Part shown: positions 36,499 to 44,836 of the stretch, piece after piece
How positions within the stretch are numbered: position 1 is the stretch's first letter
Layout of the letters: the number at the start of each line of letters is the position of its first letter
DNA from: Candidatus Alloenteromonas pullistercoris
Lineage (GTDB): Bacteria > Bacillota_I > Bacilli_A > RFN20 > CAG-826
Assembly: GCA_017694295.1 (NCBI GenBank)
Contig: JADINA010000001.1
Span: 1,117 to 65,116 of the forward strand
DNA: 64,000 nt
Direction of reading: 5' to 3'
Position numbers and translations under genes: made by a program
Notes under the pieces: model-generated
Told to the model about the DNA's origin: nothing
What the model saw: only the letters and a program-made list of their open reading frames with translations
Databases searched by the model: none

Positions 36499-38253
36499 AT
36501 GAAAACGGCGCGGGCTTTGCTATTCTCCCTTCCCTTGCTGCTCTCCTGCGGCAACGGATCCTCTTCCGGGTTAAAAGGCAATCCGGACGACTATTTCCGC
36601 ATCGATTTCTATTCCGATTACCAAGGCATCGACTATTCCTCCCCCGATATAAGCAAGGCGGAATTGCTTGGCCACGCCTATGTGTTGAAGACGGCGGAAA
36701 ACCGCTCCGCCTTCTTTTCAAATGAGTCCACTGACGATCCATACGACTTCGTCTCCGCCCAATCCTCCTCCGCCGGCCATTACCAGGATTTCATCGGCTG
36801 GACCGGCTATTACGAGGAAGGCACGTCATTTGACGGGACGAGCATCGGCGGAGAAAGCATCGATTTGGACGACGTAAAGGGTTCCGGGGCCGTTTTCGCG
36901 ACCTTTGAGCTTAAGGCCTATTCCTATCAGCTAAGCATCTTCGATAACGGTCAAAGCCTATATTCGGGGATGCTTGAATACGGAAGCGAGGTCACCCTCG
37001 ATTTCGAATCCCAAAGCTATTCCTTCCTCGAGCAGCGGGGCGAGTTCTCCTATTCGGCCCCGGATTACCATACCGAAGGCGAATTCGCCGGGTTTGAGGT
37101 CATCACCTACGTAGCCCTTGATGATGGGTCAAGCGCCGAGCAAAGCCAAACCTACGATTACTCGACCACCATCCCCGTCACCCAAAGGACGCGGATCGAA
37201 AGCGTCTATCGCGAATACCAGTCTTCCTTCGCCCTTACCCTTTCCTCCCCTCTTGGCTTGCCAGAAGGGGCCAGCTGGCTCGATGGGGACGGATCCTATC
37301 AAATCGTCTATGACGAAGGGGTTTATGGTCAAAACGGGTCCCTTGCCCTCGATGGGCTAAAGGAAGAGGTCACATTTGGTGAAAGAAGCTTCTCCCTCAC
37401 CGGCTTTCAAGGCGTTTACGGGGATGGGGAGGACGTACCGGAATCACTTCGGGGCAAAAGCGTCGACCCCAACCACATCCGCTTCGACTGCACCCTCTCC
37501 CCGGTTTACTCGGAAAACCCGATAGCCGTCTTTCTTTCCGATTCCCTTGGCAACGACCTTGGGACCATTAACGCCAAATACGGCGAGCCCGCAAGTTTGC
37601 CTAGCGTTCCCGACTCCAATGGCTATACCTTCTCCGGGACCTGGCTTTGCGATGGCGCCATATTCGATCCCTCCACCCCGATTGAGGGCCCGCTGTCCCT
37701 AGTGGCCGAGATGGTCGAAAGGGAGGTCGAGAGGGAGGTTAACGTCCTCGGCGGAGCCAGCCAATCATTAAATGCCGCCTTCGAGTATAGCCTTTCCCTA
37801 GAAGGCTATGAGCTGACGGGCCTAAACTACAAGCAAGGGCAAAGCCAAGACGACTTCGAAAACGGCATCGGGCCCGTCGATCTTGTTTCGTTAAGCCTTG
37901 AAAAGCCGATTAAGGGCGTTAGGCCGCTTAGCGGCGATTGCCTGCGCAATATCGTTTCGCTTACCTTCCCGGAAAGCCTGCAAAGCCTTTCCCCCTCCGC
38001 CTTATCCTCGCTTTCTCGGCTCCAAAGCATCGATTTGTCATCTACCAATCTGAAGACGATCGGCTTCCACGCCTTCAAAGACTGCCTCTCGCTTCTTTCC
38101 GTGCTCCTGCCCTCTGGCCTTGGCTATATCGGCTATTCGGCCTTCGAAGGCTGCCAAAACCTCAATTCCTTTGAACTTAACGGCGCCTCAACCGCCTCTT
38201 TCGATCCCGATTGGTTCCTCGGCTGCCCCTATTTGGAATCACTTTACGCCTAA
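36499..38253 (+). CDS. Lipoprotein with Listeria-Bacteroides (InlB-B-like) repeats and a C-terminal BspA-type leucine-rich repeat
   Basis: Lipobox LPLLLSCGNG. FIGWTGYYEEG and YTFSGTWLCDGAIF repeat signatures. LRR_5-like TIGFHAFKDCLSLLSVLLPSGLGYIGYSAFEGCQNLNSFEL. Confidence 0.7.
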   Translation: MKTARALLFSLPLLLSCGNGSSSGLKGNPDDYFRIDFYSDYQGIDYSSPDISKAELLGHAYVLKTAENRSAFFSNESTDDPYDFVSAQSSSAGHYQDFIGWTGYYEEGTSFDGTSIGGESIDLDDVKGSGAVFATFELKAYSYQLSIFDNGQSLYSGMLEYGSEVTLDFESQSYSFLEQRGEFSYSAPDYHTEGEFAGFEVITYVALDDGSSAEQSQTYDYSTTIPVTQRTRIESVYREYQSSFALTLSSPLGLPEGASWLDGDGSYQIVYDEGVYGQNGSLALDGLKEEVTFGERSFSLTGFQGVYGDGEDVPESLRGKSVDPNHIRFDCTLSPVYSENPIAVFLSDSLGNDLGTINAKYGEPASLPSVPDSNGYTFSGTWLCDGAIFDPSTPIEGPLSLVAEMVEREVEREVNVLGGASQSLNAAFEYSLSLEGYELTGLNYKQGQSQDDFENGIGPVDLVSLSLEKPIKGVRPLSGDCLRNIVSLTFPESLQSLSPSALSSLSRLQSIDLSSTNLKTIGFHAFKDCLSLLSVLLPSGLGYIGYSAFEGCQNLNSFELNGASTASFDPDWFLGCPYLESLYA

Positions 38254-38257
38254 AGCT

Positions 38258-39628
38258 TTATCCCTTTATCCCGGCCTTTGCCTTTTTCCTATCGATGATT
38301 AGCAAGGTGGTCGCGGGAACTAAGGCGACGATGGAGGCGGAAAGGGTGACGATGAACATCCATTTGTCGGGCCTGGCGGCCGTTACGCCGTATTCGTTTA
38401 CGTAATCGCTTTGGAAGCAAAGGGCGCTTAGGTTGGAGCCGATGATCATCGGGAGCATGACGGCGAATATCATCCTCACCCCCTGCAGGCTTCCGACTTT
38501 GTCTTCCGGCGTTTCGTCGCGTAGCCTCGCCCCGATCGCCGCCGTCCCGATCAGGTAACCGGCCATCAGCACCACCCCGCCGAAAACGGAAAGGTAGGCG
38601 TTGGAGGAGGCGAGGAAGAGGATCAAAGCCCCGACGGCCATCGAAAGTATTGAGGGCAAAAGGAACTTCATCTTCCCAAGCCTGTCCATGAATAGCCCGG
38701 CGAATATGACGGAGGCCGAGGCGATTCCGATGATGATGGCCATCGCCCCATAGAAGCTTAGCCCCTCGAACCCGAGGCTTTCCTGGAAGTAGACGAGGTA
38801 GTAGGGCATAAACGAATCGACGGCGATGTTGAAGAAGAGGAAGACGAGCAGGCAAAGGTAGAACAAGGGGCTTTGCTTCATCGTCTTTGGCCTAAAGCCG
38901 TCGACTAGGTTAAGCAGGTAGTTTTTCTCCCGGTTGGGCTTTATCTCGTCTTTGGGGAGAAGGAAGAAGCAGCCGATCCCGACCGCGGTGGTCAGCGCCC
39001 CGCAGGTGAGGAAGAAATAAAGCCAAGGCGAGGCAATTTCCTCGGCGAATTGCTCGTTGCTTAATTCCCCTTGCTCGCCAGGAAGCCCAAACGCCAAGCC
39101 CAAAACCATCATGAGGGCGACGGCAAGCAAAGGCATGACCGAAATGACCGATTCGACGAAAGGCCGCGTTTTCTTGTCAGTTTTGTCGGTGACGAAGGCG
39201 GAGTAGCAGGCGTCGTTGGCGCTTGAGCCGAAGAAGGTCATGACGGAGTCGACGATGACGTTGGAAACCCCGACCAGCAGCATCGCCTTGGCCATGTCCC
39301 CACCTGTTAGGGCGGCCATGTTGGAAAGCGACATCACCCCGAACAGGAAGACGGTTACGCCCCAAACGGTGTAGCCGATGGCGATGATGATCCGCCTTTT
39401 GCCGATGCGGTCGCTAAGCGCCCCGACGAAGAAGGTCGTTATGGCCGCGACGATGGCCGAGGCGTTGGTCATCCAGTTGATGTGGTTGGCGTCCCCCGAT
39501 TGGGAATAGACCCAAAGGTTGATGTATTGGTTTTCTATGGCCCAGGCCAATTGCCCGATGAACCCGACCAAAATGATGCTTAGCCATACCCTTTTGCCCA
39601 ATCCGAGTTTTCTTTCCTGCCCTTCCAT
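38258..39628 (-). CDS. MFS-type transporter (GPH/sugar-cation symporter-like)
   Basis: 456 aa with about 12 TM helices. AAGGAGAAAAGCG-ATG RBS, and a perfect TATAAT on the minus strand at 39649-39654. Confidence 0.7.
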   Translation of the reverse strand: MEGQERKLGLGKRVWLSIILVGFIGQLAWAIENQYINLWVYSQSGDANHINWMTNASAIVAAITTFFVGALSDRIGKRRIIIAIGYTVWGVTVFLFGVMSLSNMAALTGGDMAKAMLLVGVSNVIVDSVMTFFGSSANDACYSAFVTDKTDKKTRPFVESVISVMPLLAVALMMVLGLAFGLPGEQGELSNEQFAEEIASPWLYFFLTCGALTTAVGIGCFFLLPKDEIKPNREKNYLLNLVDGFRPKTMKQSPLFYLCLLVFLFFNIAVDSFMPYYLVYFQESLGFEGLSFYGAMAIIIGIASASVIFAGLFMDRLGKMKFLLPSILSMAVGALILFLASSNAYLSVFGGVVLMAGYLIGTAAIGARLRDETPEDKVGSLQGVRMIFAVMLPMIIGSNLSALCFQSDYVNEYGVTAARPDKWMFIVTLSASIVALVPATTLLIIDRKKAKAGIKG

Positions 39629-39732
39629 CGCTTTTCTCCTTTTGTCAAATTATAGCCTTAACCGGGGAAAGTGGGGCAGCAATAAAAACCTGAAGCCTAC
39701 TCAAATATGGCCTTTTAACGTAGAATAGCGGC

Positions 39733-40398
39733 GTGGGAAGCCATCCATTGTTCATAGCCATGCTTTGCTGCTATGGCCTATCCTGCGCCATTCACCTCGT
39801 TTTCTGTTTCCTTATGGCGGAGAGAATGCGACGGGTAAGCAAGCCCTTTTGCCTGCTTTTCCTCATTCTTTCATGCCTCTTCTCGCCAAGTTCTCCAGCC
39901 CTTTTGGCCTTCGGTTTGCTTTTGGGCCTAATTGGCGACGTATTGATGCTTTTTAAAAGGCGAAAGCTTTGCTTAGCCGGGGCGATGGCTTGCTTTGCCG
40001 GGAACCACCTCGCCTACATATGCGTTATCTTGTCTTTGTCCTTCGGCCAAGCCCTTCCCGATATGCGCTTGGCTGGCTTTGCCGTTTTATCCTCTGTCAT
40101 CATCCTCTTCGCCACCTTTTCCCTGTCCTTGGCCAATTCGCTTAAATACCCCGCCTTTTCCATTTATGCCGCCTTTTTGGCGGTGGAGATCGCCTGTTGC
40201 GTCGTCTTTTGCCTCTATCGCCCTTTGTCAATCGCCCCCTACCTTTGCCTATTGGGGGCCGTTTTGTTCGCCTTCTCCGATTCGCTTATCCTTTTCACCT
40301 TGGCAAAAGGCAAGTTCAAAAGGGCCGATTTCTTCATTATGCTCACTTATTTGTTGGCCCAGGGCCTATTGGCGGTTTCCCTTTGCCTTCTTCTTTAG
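39733..40398 (+). CDS. YhhN-family (lysoplasmalogenase-like) membrane protein
   Basis: 221 aa and polytopic. LIGDVLML and FAFSDSLILF motifs are typical of YhhN/TMEM86. GTG start, with an alternative internal ATG. Confidence 0.6.
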   Translation: MGSHPLFIAMLCCYGLSCAIHLVFCFLMAERMRRVSKPFCLLFLILSCLFSPSSPALLAFGLLLGLIGDVLMLFKRRKLCLAGAMACFAGNHLAYICVILSLSFGQALPDMRLAGFAVLSSVIILFATFSLSLANSLKYPAFSIYAAFLAVEIACCVVFCLYRPLSIAPYLCLLGAVLFAFSDSLILFTLAKGKFKRADFFIMLTYLLAQGLLAVSLCLLL

Positions 40399-40976
40399 AT
40401 GCCCAAGGCGATGGCGAGCTTGGTGATGGCCTTGCGGCGGTGGGATACGCGGTTTTTCTCTTCTTCGCTCGCCTCGCCAAAGGCCTTGCCTAGCTCAGAG
40501 GAGAAGAAGATCGGGTCATAGCCAAAGCCATGGGCCCCTTTTGGGGCGGAAAGCAAAACGCCGGGGCAATCGCCTTCAAAGTAAAGTGGGGATTTGCCCT
40601 TTTCCAAATAGCAAATGCAGCAGTGGAAGTGGCAATCGCGGCTAAGCCCGGATAGCCTTTTGTTCAAATCGGCGTAGGCGTTTTCGTATCCTCCGAGGCT
40701 TTCGGCGTAGCGGGAGGAATAAAGGCCAGGGAATCCGCCAAGCGAGTCGATGCATAGCCCGGAGTCGTCGGCGATGATCGGGATGTTGAGATACTCGCTT
40801 AAGGCCTTGGCCTTCAATAGGCTGTTCTCCCGGTACGTTTTGCCCGTCTCCTCGACTTCGATCTGCAATTGAAAATCATTGGGGCAATAGATGACGTAGC
40901 CCATCGGCCCCAATATCTCGCGGTACTCGGTGAGCTTCCCCTTGTTGTTGGTGGAAAGGACGATCTGTTTGTTCAT
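40395..40976 (-). CDS. rdgB: Non-canonical purine NTP pyrophosphatase (RdgB/HAM1 family)
   Basis: STNNKGKLTEY, EETGKTYRENSLLKA, DDSGLCIDSLGGFPGLYSSRY, GFGYDPIFF, SHRRKA. Confidence 0.9.
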   Translation of the reverse strand: MNKQIVLSTNNKGKLTEYREILGPMGYVIYCPNDFQLQIEVEETGKTYRENSLLKAKALSEYLNIPIIADDSGLCIDSLGGFPGLYSSRYAESLGGYENAYADLNKRLSGLSRDCHFHCCICYLEKGKSPLYFEGDCPGVLLSAPKGAHGFGYDPIFFSSELGKAFGEASEEEKNRVSHRRKAITKLAIALGI

Positions 40977-41158
40977 GGCCTTCGAATTATGGATGCGATG
41001 GGGCGTAAGTTCAACATTCTAGGGAAATCCGCAAAAGGGTTAATTTAAGCGATAGGAAAAAGAATAGCGGGCTTTTGCGGGCCTTAGAGGACGAATTCTG
41101 TTAAGAAAAGCAAGGAAAAACACCGGCAAAACTTTCGCTGGGGTTTTTCGAATTGAAC

Positions 41159-41953
41159 TCATTTCAATGATTGCAATAGGGTGTCATCTTGATTTTGCAA
41201 TTCCTTCCTTACCCGATAAAACTTGTCGATGCTTATCCCAAGTTGTTGGGCCGCTTGCTTATTGGTCAGCTCTTTCCTTTTGACCCTTTCCAGGAAGTCG
41301 AGGAAAAGCAAAATATCGACCTTTTTCTTCTTTCTCCCGGCGTAATGCCCTTCTTCCTGCGCCGCCTTTATGCCTTGCGCCTGCTTGTCTTTAAGGTTTT
41401 TGCATTGCATCCGGTATAGGTAATGGAGCGTCTTGAAAACCTTCGGGTCATTGATTTCGCTTTCTCCAAGGTAAACGCGGTTGTTCGAAGCAAGTTGAGC
41501 CAGGATCATTTTGGTCACCCCAAAGGCATTCGCTTTCCCCCTTATCTTCTCCACGTCCACCGTTTTGGGCGCTTGGTAGGGGATTAAGTAAAAACGGTCG
41601 CCGGAGTATCTTTCCTTCGATTTGATCAAATACTCAATCGGATCCATATACGTCATGCCCTCTTTTTGGAGCAACTCGTGGAAATCCTCTCTCTTCTTAG
41701 AAGGCACCCTCTCGGAAACGAACACCGGAACGATGTTTTCCCTGACGTAAACTTCTTTCCTTAGATCCAAATCAAACCCGGGGATCCCTTGGAATGTACT
41801 GGCGTCTAGGAGTTCGATAACCTCGTAATTCGGGTAAAAGCGGTATTCGAAAGACCCGTCTTCGCTTAGAAGGTATTCGATGGCGCAAACCCGATACTCG
41901 ATGTTTAGCCCGTCTTTTAGGCAAATCATCCCTTTTGTCAAACTGCTCTTCAT
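41159..41953 (-). CDS. 264-aa protein: N-terminal HipA-N/HipS-like region (tentative) fused to a C-terminal resolvase-type HTH
   Basis: The start overlaps the kinase stop by 4 nt. IVPVFVSERVPSKKREDFHELLQKEGMTYMDPIEYLIKSKERYSGDRFYLIP parallels HipA FFDNLLPDSP..R..I....FDLL..IGRD..GA. C-terminal KELTNKQAAQQLGISIDKFYRVRKEL is an HTH. Confidence 0.5.
   Translation of the reverse strand: MKSSLTKGMICLKDGLNIEYRVCAIEYLLSEDGSFEYRFYPNYEVIELLDASTFQGIPGFDLDLRKEVYVRENIVPVFVSERVPSKKREDFHELLQKEGMTYMDPIEYLIKSKERYSGDRFYLIPYQAPKTVDVEKIRGKANAFGVTKMILAQLASNNRVYLGESEINDPKVFKTLHYLYRMQCKNLKDKQAQGIKAAQEEGHYAGRKKKKVDILLFLDFLERVKRKELTNKQAAQQLGISIDKFYRVRKELQNQDDTLLQSLK
41164..41201. repeat. Left copy of an imperfect direct repeat carrying TTGCAAT boxes
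   Basis: CAATGATTGCAATAGGGTGTCATCTTGATTTTGCAAT, with two TTGCAAT boxes 24 nt apart. It lies inside the last codons of the 264-aa gene. Confidence 0.5.
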
Positions 41954-42810
41954 GCTTTTCCACCCATTAGTCGGTCATAAGAATATTTAAGTATCTTTTC
42001 GTATCTTGCCTTTATCATCGTCTTGTAAAAAGCCTTATGGGTATTTGATATATCAAGGCTATCGATGAGCCCGTCGATTTTTCCTAAGTCGACCCGAGGG
42101 ACGATTTTGAGCAATGCTTCGTTGCATTCTTTATACCGCAAGGAGGAGATGACCTCAAAATACGACGATTTCCTGTCGCCGAGCTTGATTTGGGAAGTCG
42201 GGAATCTATAGACCCTTTCGTCGATTTCACCCTCGTTTTCCAAAACAAACCTCATTTCATCCTCGTTGACTAGGCCGGGGAAGAGGCATGATCCGTTGTC
42301 GAATACGGGGGCAAGTTGATATTTTCCCTCTTTTTTGAGGAACCCCCAATTGGCGCCGTGGCGATCGAAATTCCCAAGGAGCGCATCGACTAGGTAAATC
42401 TCGAAAAAGGCCGAAACGGTTTCGTTCACCTTCGTTAGTTTTCTGTTCTTTTCAAGAAGCAGGATAATGTCTTCGTAGGTGTATTGATGCTTTTCTTTGT
42501 CCGTGTCGATTGCCATTTCGCCAACGTCATTGAATGGGACGAATTCATAGCCATCGGTCACGAAATCCTTGCAGGCTACGACTTTTTCGCCAAAATATTC
42601 CCCAAGGAAGGTTTTGTGGACCTCTATCCCCAGCAGTTCAAAAACATGGCTGCCCAGAAATTCGGAAAGATGGTTGTTCCTTTTCCCAAACTTAGTGTCC
42701 TTTTGAAATTTGAGCATATACGGTTCTTCGTGGATAAGTATCCCTATTTTCCGTTCGCAACCGCCATATCGGATGTTGCTTAATCGGCAAGCGGAGAAAT
42801 CGTAGCCCAT
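41950..42810 (-). CDS. Short HipA-family Ser/Thr kinase (core kinase domain only)
   Basis: GGCERKIGIL corresponds to the HipA Gly-rich loop AGAQEKTALL. Catalytic region LLGNFDRHGANWGFL...LAPVFDNGSCLF (HipA_C). I prefer the ATG at 42810; the TTG at 42846 is an alternative. AT-rich island. Confidence 0.7.
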   Translation of the reverse strand: MGYDFSACRLSNIRYGGCERKIGILIHEEPYMLKFQKDTKFGKRNNHLSEFLGSHVFELLGIEVHKTFLGEYFGEKVVACKDFVTDGYEFVPFNDVGEMAIDTDKEKHQYTYEDIILLLEKNRKLTKVNETVSAFFEIYLVDALLGNFDRHGANWGFLKKEGKYQLAPVFDNGSCLFPGLVNEDEMRFVLENEGEIDERVYRFPTSQIKLGDRKSSYFEVISSLRYKECNEALLKIVPRVDLGKIDGLIDSLDISNTHKAFYKTMIKARYEKILKYSYDRLMGGKA

Positions 42811-42871
42811 TGCAATGATTGTAAATAAGGGAACAGTCAATTGCAATTATGTATCATTTTGATTTTGCAAT
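42809..42871. repeat. Right copy of the repeat and putative operator array upstream of the hipA-like gene
   Basis: ATTGCAAT (42809-42816), AATTGCAATT (42839-42848), TTGCAAT (42865-42871). TTGCAATTATGTATCATTTTGATTTTGCAAT matches the left copy at 25 of 31 positions. Confidence 0.5.
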
Positions 42872-43069
42872 AGTAGTGCGCCGGCCTTCTTTTGGCGGCC
42901 TTGCCGTTAAGCCGTCTAGCCTCTGCTCGCGACCAAAGTTGCCGGCGTTGCCAAGTTAGGTGTCTATTTCCTCCTAACAAGAAAAAGCTTGATGAGTCAA
43001 GAATGCCATGGTTGCACCAAACTTATCGTTTTGTTTGTCCTAATTGAAATATCGCTTTCAATCTGAACT

Positions 43070-44251
43070 TTATAATTCATCCAGCAACAGGAAATCTTCA
43101 AGTCTGATATGACGTACCGCAGATGTTGAATAATCTATTGCATCATTCGTTATTAGTATTTTCTGATTGCTGTTATCCAAACAAGCGAATGCGCCAAACT
43201 CCCTTTTATAAGCTTTTTCATCAACCACGCTATAAGCAACTTGCACTAGATATGTTTTTCCGTTTTTGTTCGCTATAAAGTCTATTTCTTTTCCTTTGTT
43301 GTCGAACGTCTTTAGATCGTATCCCATGTACAAAAGTTCATTAAATACGATATTTTCCAAATTATGGTCGAAATCGTATCTATTATTATCGACTTTCAGG
43401 GAATTGAAGGATACATCCGAATTATACAATTTGTGATAAAAGCTCAATTCTCTTTTAGCCTTTGTGGAGTATTGGGGCAATTCGTCTATGACATAGGCCT
43501 CTTTAAGGTAATGCATATAACCCAATATGGTATTTGAGGAACACTCAATGCCTTGGCCGGCTAGGTATTTATGAATCGACCTCGCCGACAATACTCTGGA
43601 ATTGTTTCTTAAAACGAAATTAACGAATTTGATGAATAAATCCGCTTTCTTGATTTTATATTTTTTTATTAAATCTTTAATGACTGTCGTGTCTTCCAAA
43701 TCTTTCAAATACCTAATTGTCGACTCATCGTCTTTCATATCAAGCCTTTTTGGAAAACCGCCCCAGATCAAATAATCCGTAACATTAAAATTCCTGCCTA
43801 TTTGATTTGAATACTCAACAATTTCCTTATAAACGAAAGGCCTGATCCTAAAGGAAATATATCTCCCGGATAATTCGGTAGCGAATTCTTTGGATAGCAG
43901 CTTTGAATTAGAACCAGAGATAAATACGGAGCTATTATGAAGCCTAAGTGTTCTTACGGCTATTGCCCAATCTTTTACATTTTGTACTTCATCTAAAAAT
44001 ATATAGCATTTCCCGTCTTTTTTGTTTTGCTCAATATAGCTTAAAAGCAAATCGGCCGAATCGGCTTTTTTCAAATCGGCGGCATCTTCGAAATCCAAAT
44101 ATATCGTATTTGGAGTGATATGGCTTATCTCGTCATATATGGTTTTTAAAATAACGGACTTACCGCATCTTCTTATACCGGTTATTATTTTGACTAAGTC
44201 GCTGTCGTAAAAAGGTCTTATCTGCTTTAAATACTTCTCGCGGATTATCAT
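43070..44251 (-). CDS. AAA+ ATPase with C-terminal DUF4143 domain (AAA_14/DUF4143 family)
   Basis: Walker A GIRRCGKSV, Walker B IFLDEVQ. C-terminal ...EIDFIANKNGKTYLVQVAYS... Markedly AT-rich. Confidence 0.8.
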   Translation of the reverse strand: MIIREKYLKQIRPFYDSDLVKIITGIRRCGKSVILKTIYDEISHITPNTIYLDFEDAADLKKADSADLLLSYIEQNKKDGKCYIFLDEVQNVKDWAIAVRTLRLHNSSVFISGSNSKLLSKEFATELSGRYISFRIRPFVYKEIVEYSNQIGRNFNVTDYLIWGGFPKRLDMKDDESTIRYLKDLEDTTVIKDLIKKYKIKKADLFIKFVNFVLRNNSRVLSARSIHKYLAGQGIECSSNTILGYMHYLKEAYVIDELPQYSTKAKRELSFYHKLYNSDVSFNSLKVDNNRYDFDHNLENIVFNELLYMGYDLKTFDNKGKEIDFIANKNGKTYLVQVAYSVVDEKAYKREFGAFACLDNSNQKILITNDAIDYSTSAVRHIRLEDFLLLDEL

Positions 44252-44277
44252 GGAATCTTCCTCTTATTTCAACGGCA

Positions 44278-44370
44278 TTATACTGCGCAATTTTTAATAG
44301 TTAAACCATTTTGCTCAGTTTAAATATATTAACGCTTGATTATCAGTGAATTTATACTGCGCAATTTTTA
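44278..44370. repeat. Tandem duplicated promoter/operator unit upstream of the ATPase gene
   Basis: TTATACTGCGCAATTTTTA at 44278-44296 and 44352-44370. Each unit also contains the inverted partner (TGCTCAGT / TGCGCAGT) of ACTGCGCA. The minus-strand TATAAT at 44277-44282 overlaps copy 1. Confidence 0.5.
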
Positions 44371-44538
44371 TCGATCTTAAAAAAGTGCGCAGTTTAAATT
44401 AGCGAATGGTTTGAACCCCTATTTAATCGAAACTCCAGGAACGCCGATTGTTGCTTTGTTTTAAATGCCTATTAGGCCTTTGGACCTTACCTCAGGAGAT
44501 GACTTCTTATAAGTAATAACATTGCCCATCTCTGGCAT

Positions 44539-44588
44539 AAAAGAAAAAAAGTCTGCACACCCTTAGAAGTTCTAAGTTTGTATCAGAC
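44539..44588 (-). terminator. Terminator of the tRNA operon
   Basis: Minus strand GTCTG...CTTAG-AACTT-CTAAG...CAGAC nested hairpin followed by TTTTTTTCTTTT. Confidence 0.55.
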
Positions 44589-44602
44589 ATGCACTACGGA
44601 GA

Positions 44603-44676
44603 TGGAGCAGGTGACGGGAATCGGACCCGCGTGACCGCCTTGGAAGGGCGGTGTTCTGCCATTGAACTACACCTGC
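44603..44676 (-). tRNA. tRNA-Gly (anticodon UCC), CCA encoded
   Basis: Manual cloverleaf: GCAGGTG-TA-GTTC-AATGGCA-GAAC-A-CCGCC-CTTCCAA-GGCGG-TCAC-GCGGG-TCCGATT-CCCGT-CACCTGC-T-CCA. The T-loop has C at position 55. Confidence 0.85.
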
Positions 44677-44679
44677 GCC

Positions 44680-44756
44680 TGGCGGACCATACGGGATTCG
44701 AACCCGTGATCTCTTCCGTGACAGGGAAGCATGTTAGGCCGCTACACCAATGGTCC
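44680..44756 (-). tRNA. tRNA-Asp (anticodon GUC), CCA encoded
   Basis: GGACCAT-TG-GTGT-AGCGGCCTA-ACAT-G-CTTCC-CTGTCAC-GGAAG-AGATC-ACGGG-TTCGAAT-CCCGT-ATGGTCC-G-CCA. Confidence 0.9.
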
Positions 44757-44767
44757 GTGCGGCGGTT

Positions 44768-44795
44768 AATATACCACAAGAGGGCCACCGGTCAA
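44768..44795 (-). promoter_or_regulatory. Sigma70-type promoter of the tRNA-Asp/Gly operon
   Basis: Minus strand TTGACC (44790-44795), 16-nt spacer, TATATT (44768-44773), about 10 nt upstream of the tRNA-Asp 5' end. Confidence 0.5.
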
Positions 44796-44836
44796 AGGCC
44801 TTTTGGCATAATCGGCGGGGGAAGTGTGGTCAAGGG

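Noticed and set aside
40395-40398. Convergent YhhN and rdgB genes overlap at their stop codons (TTAG). The LRR and MFS genes are likewise only 4 nt apart at 38253/38258.
   Set aside because: This is a compact-genome feature with no evidence of special regulation. I noted it but do not consider it remarkable.
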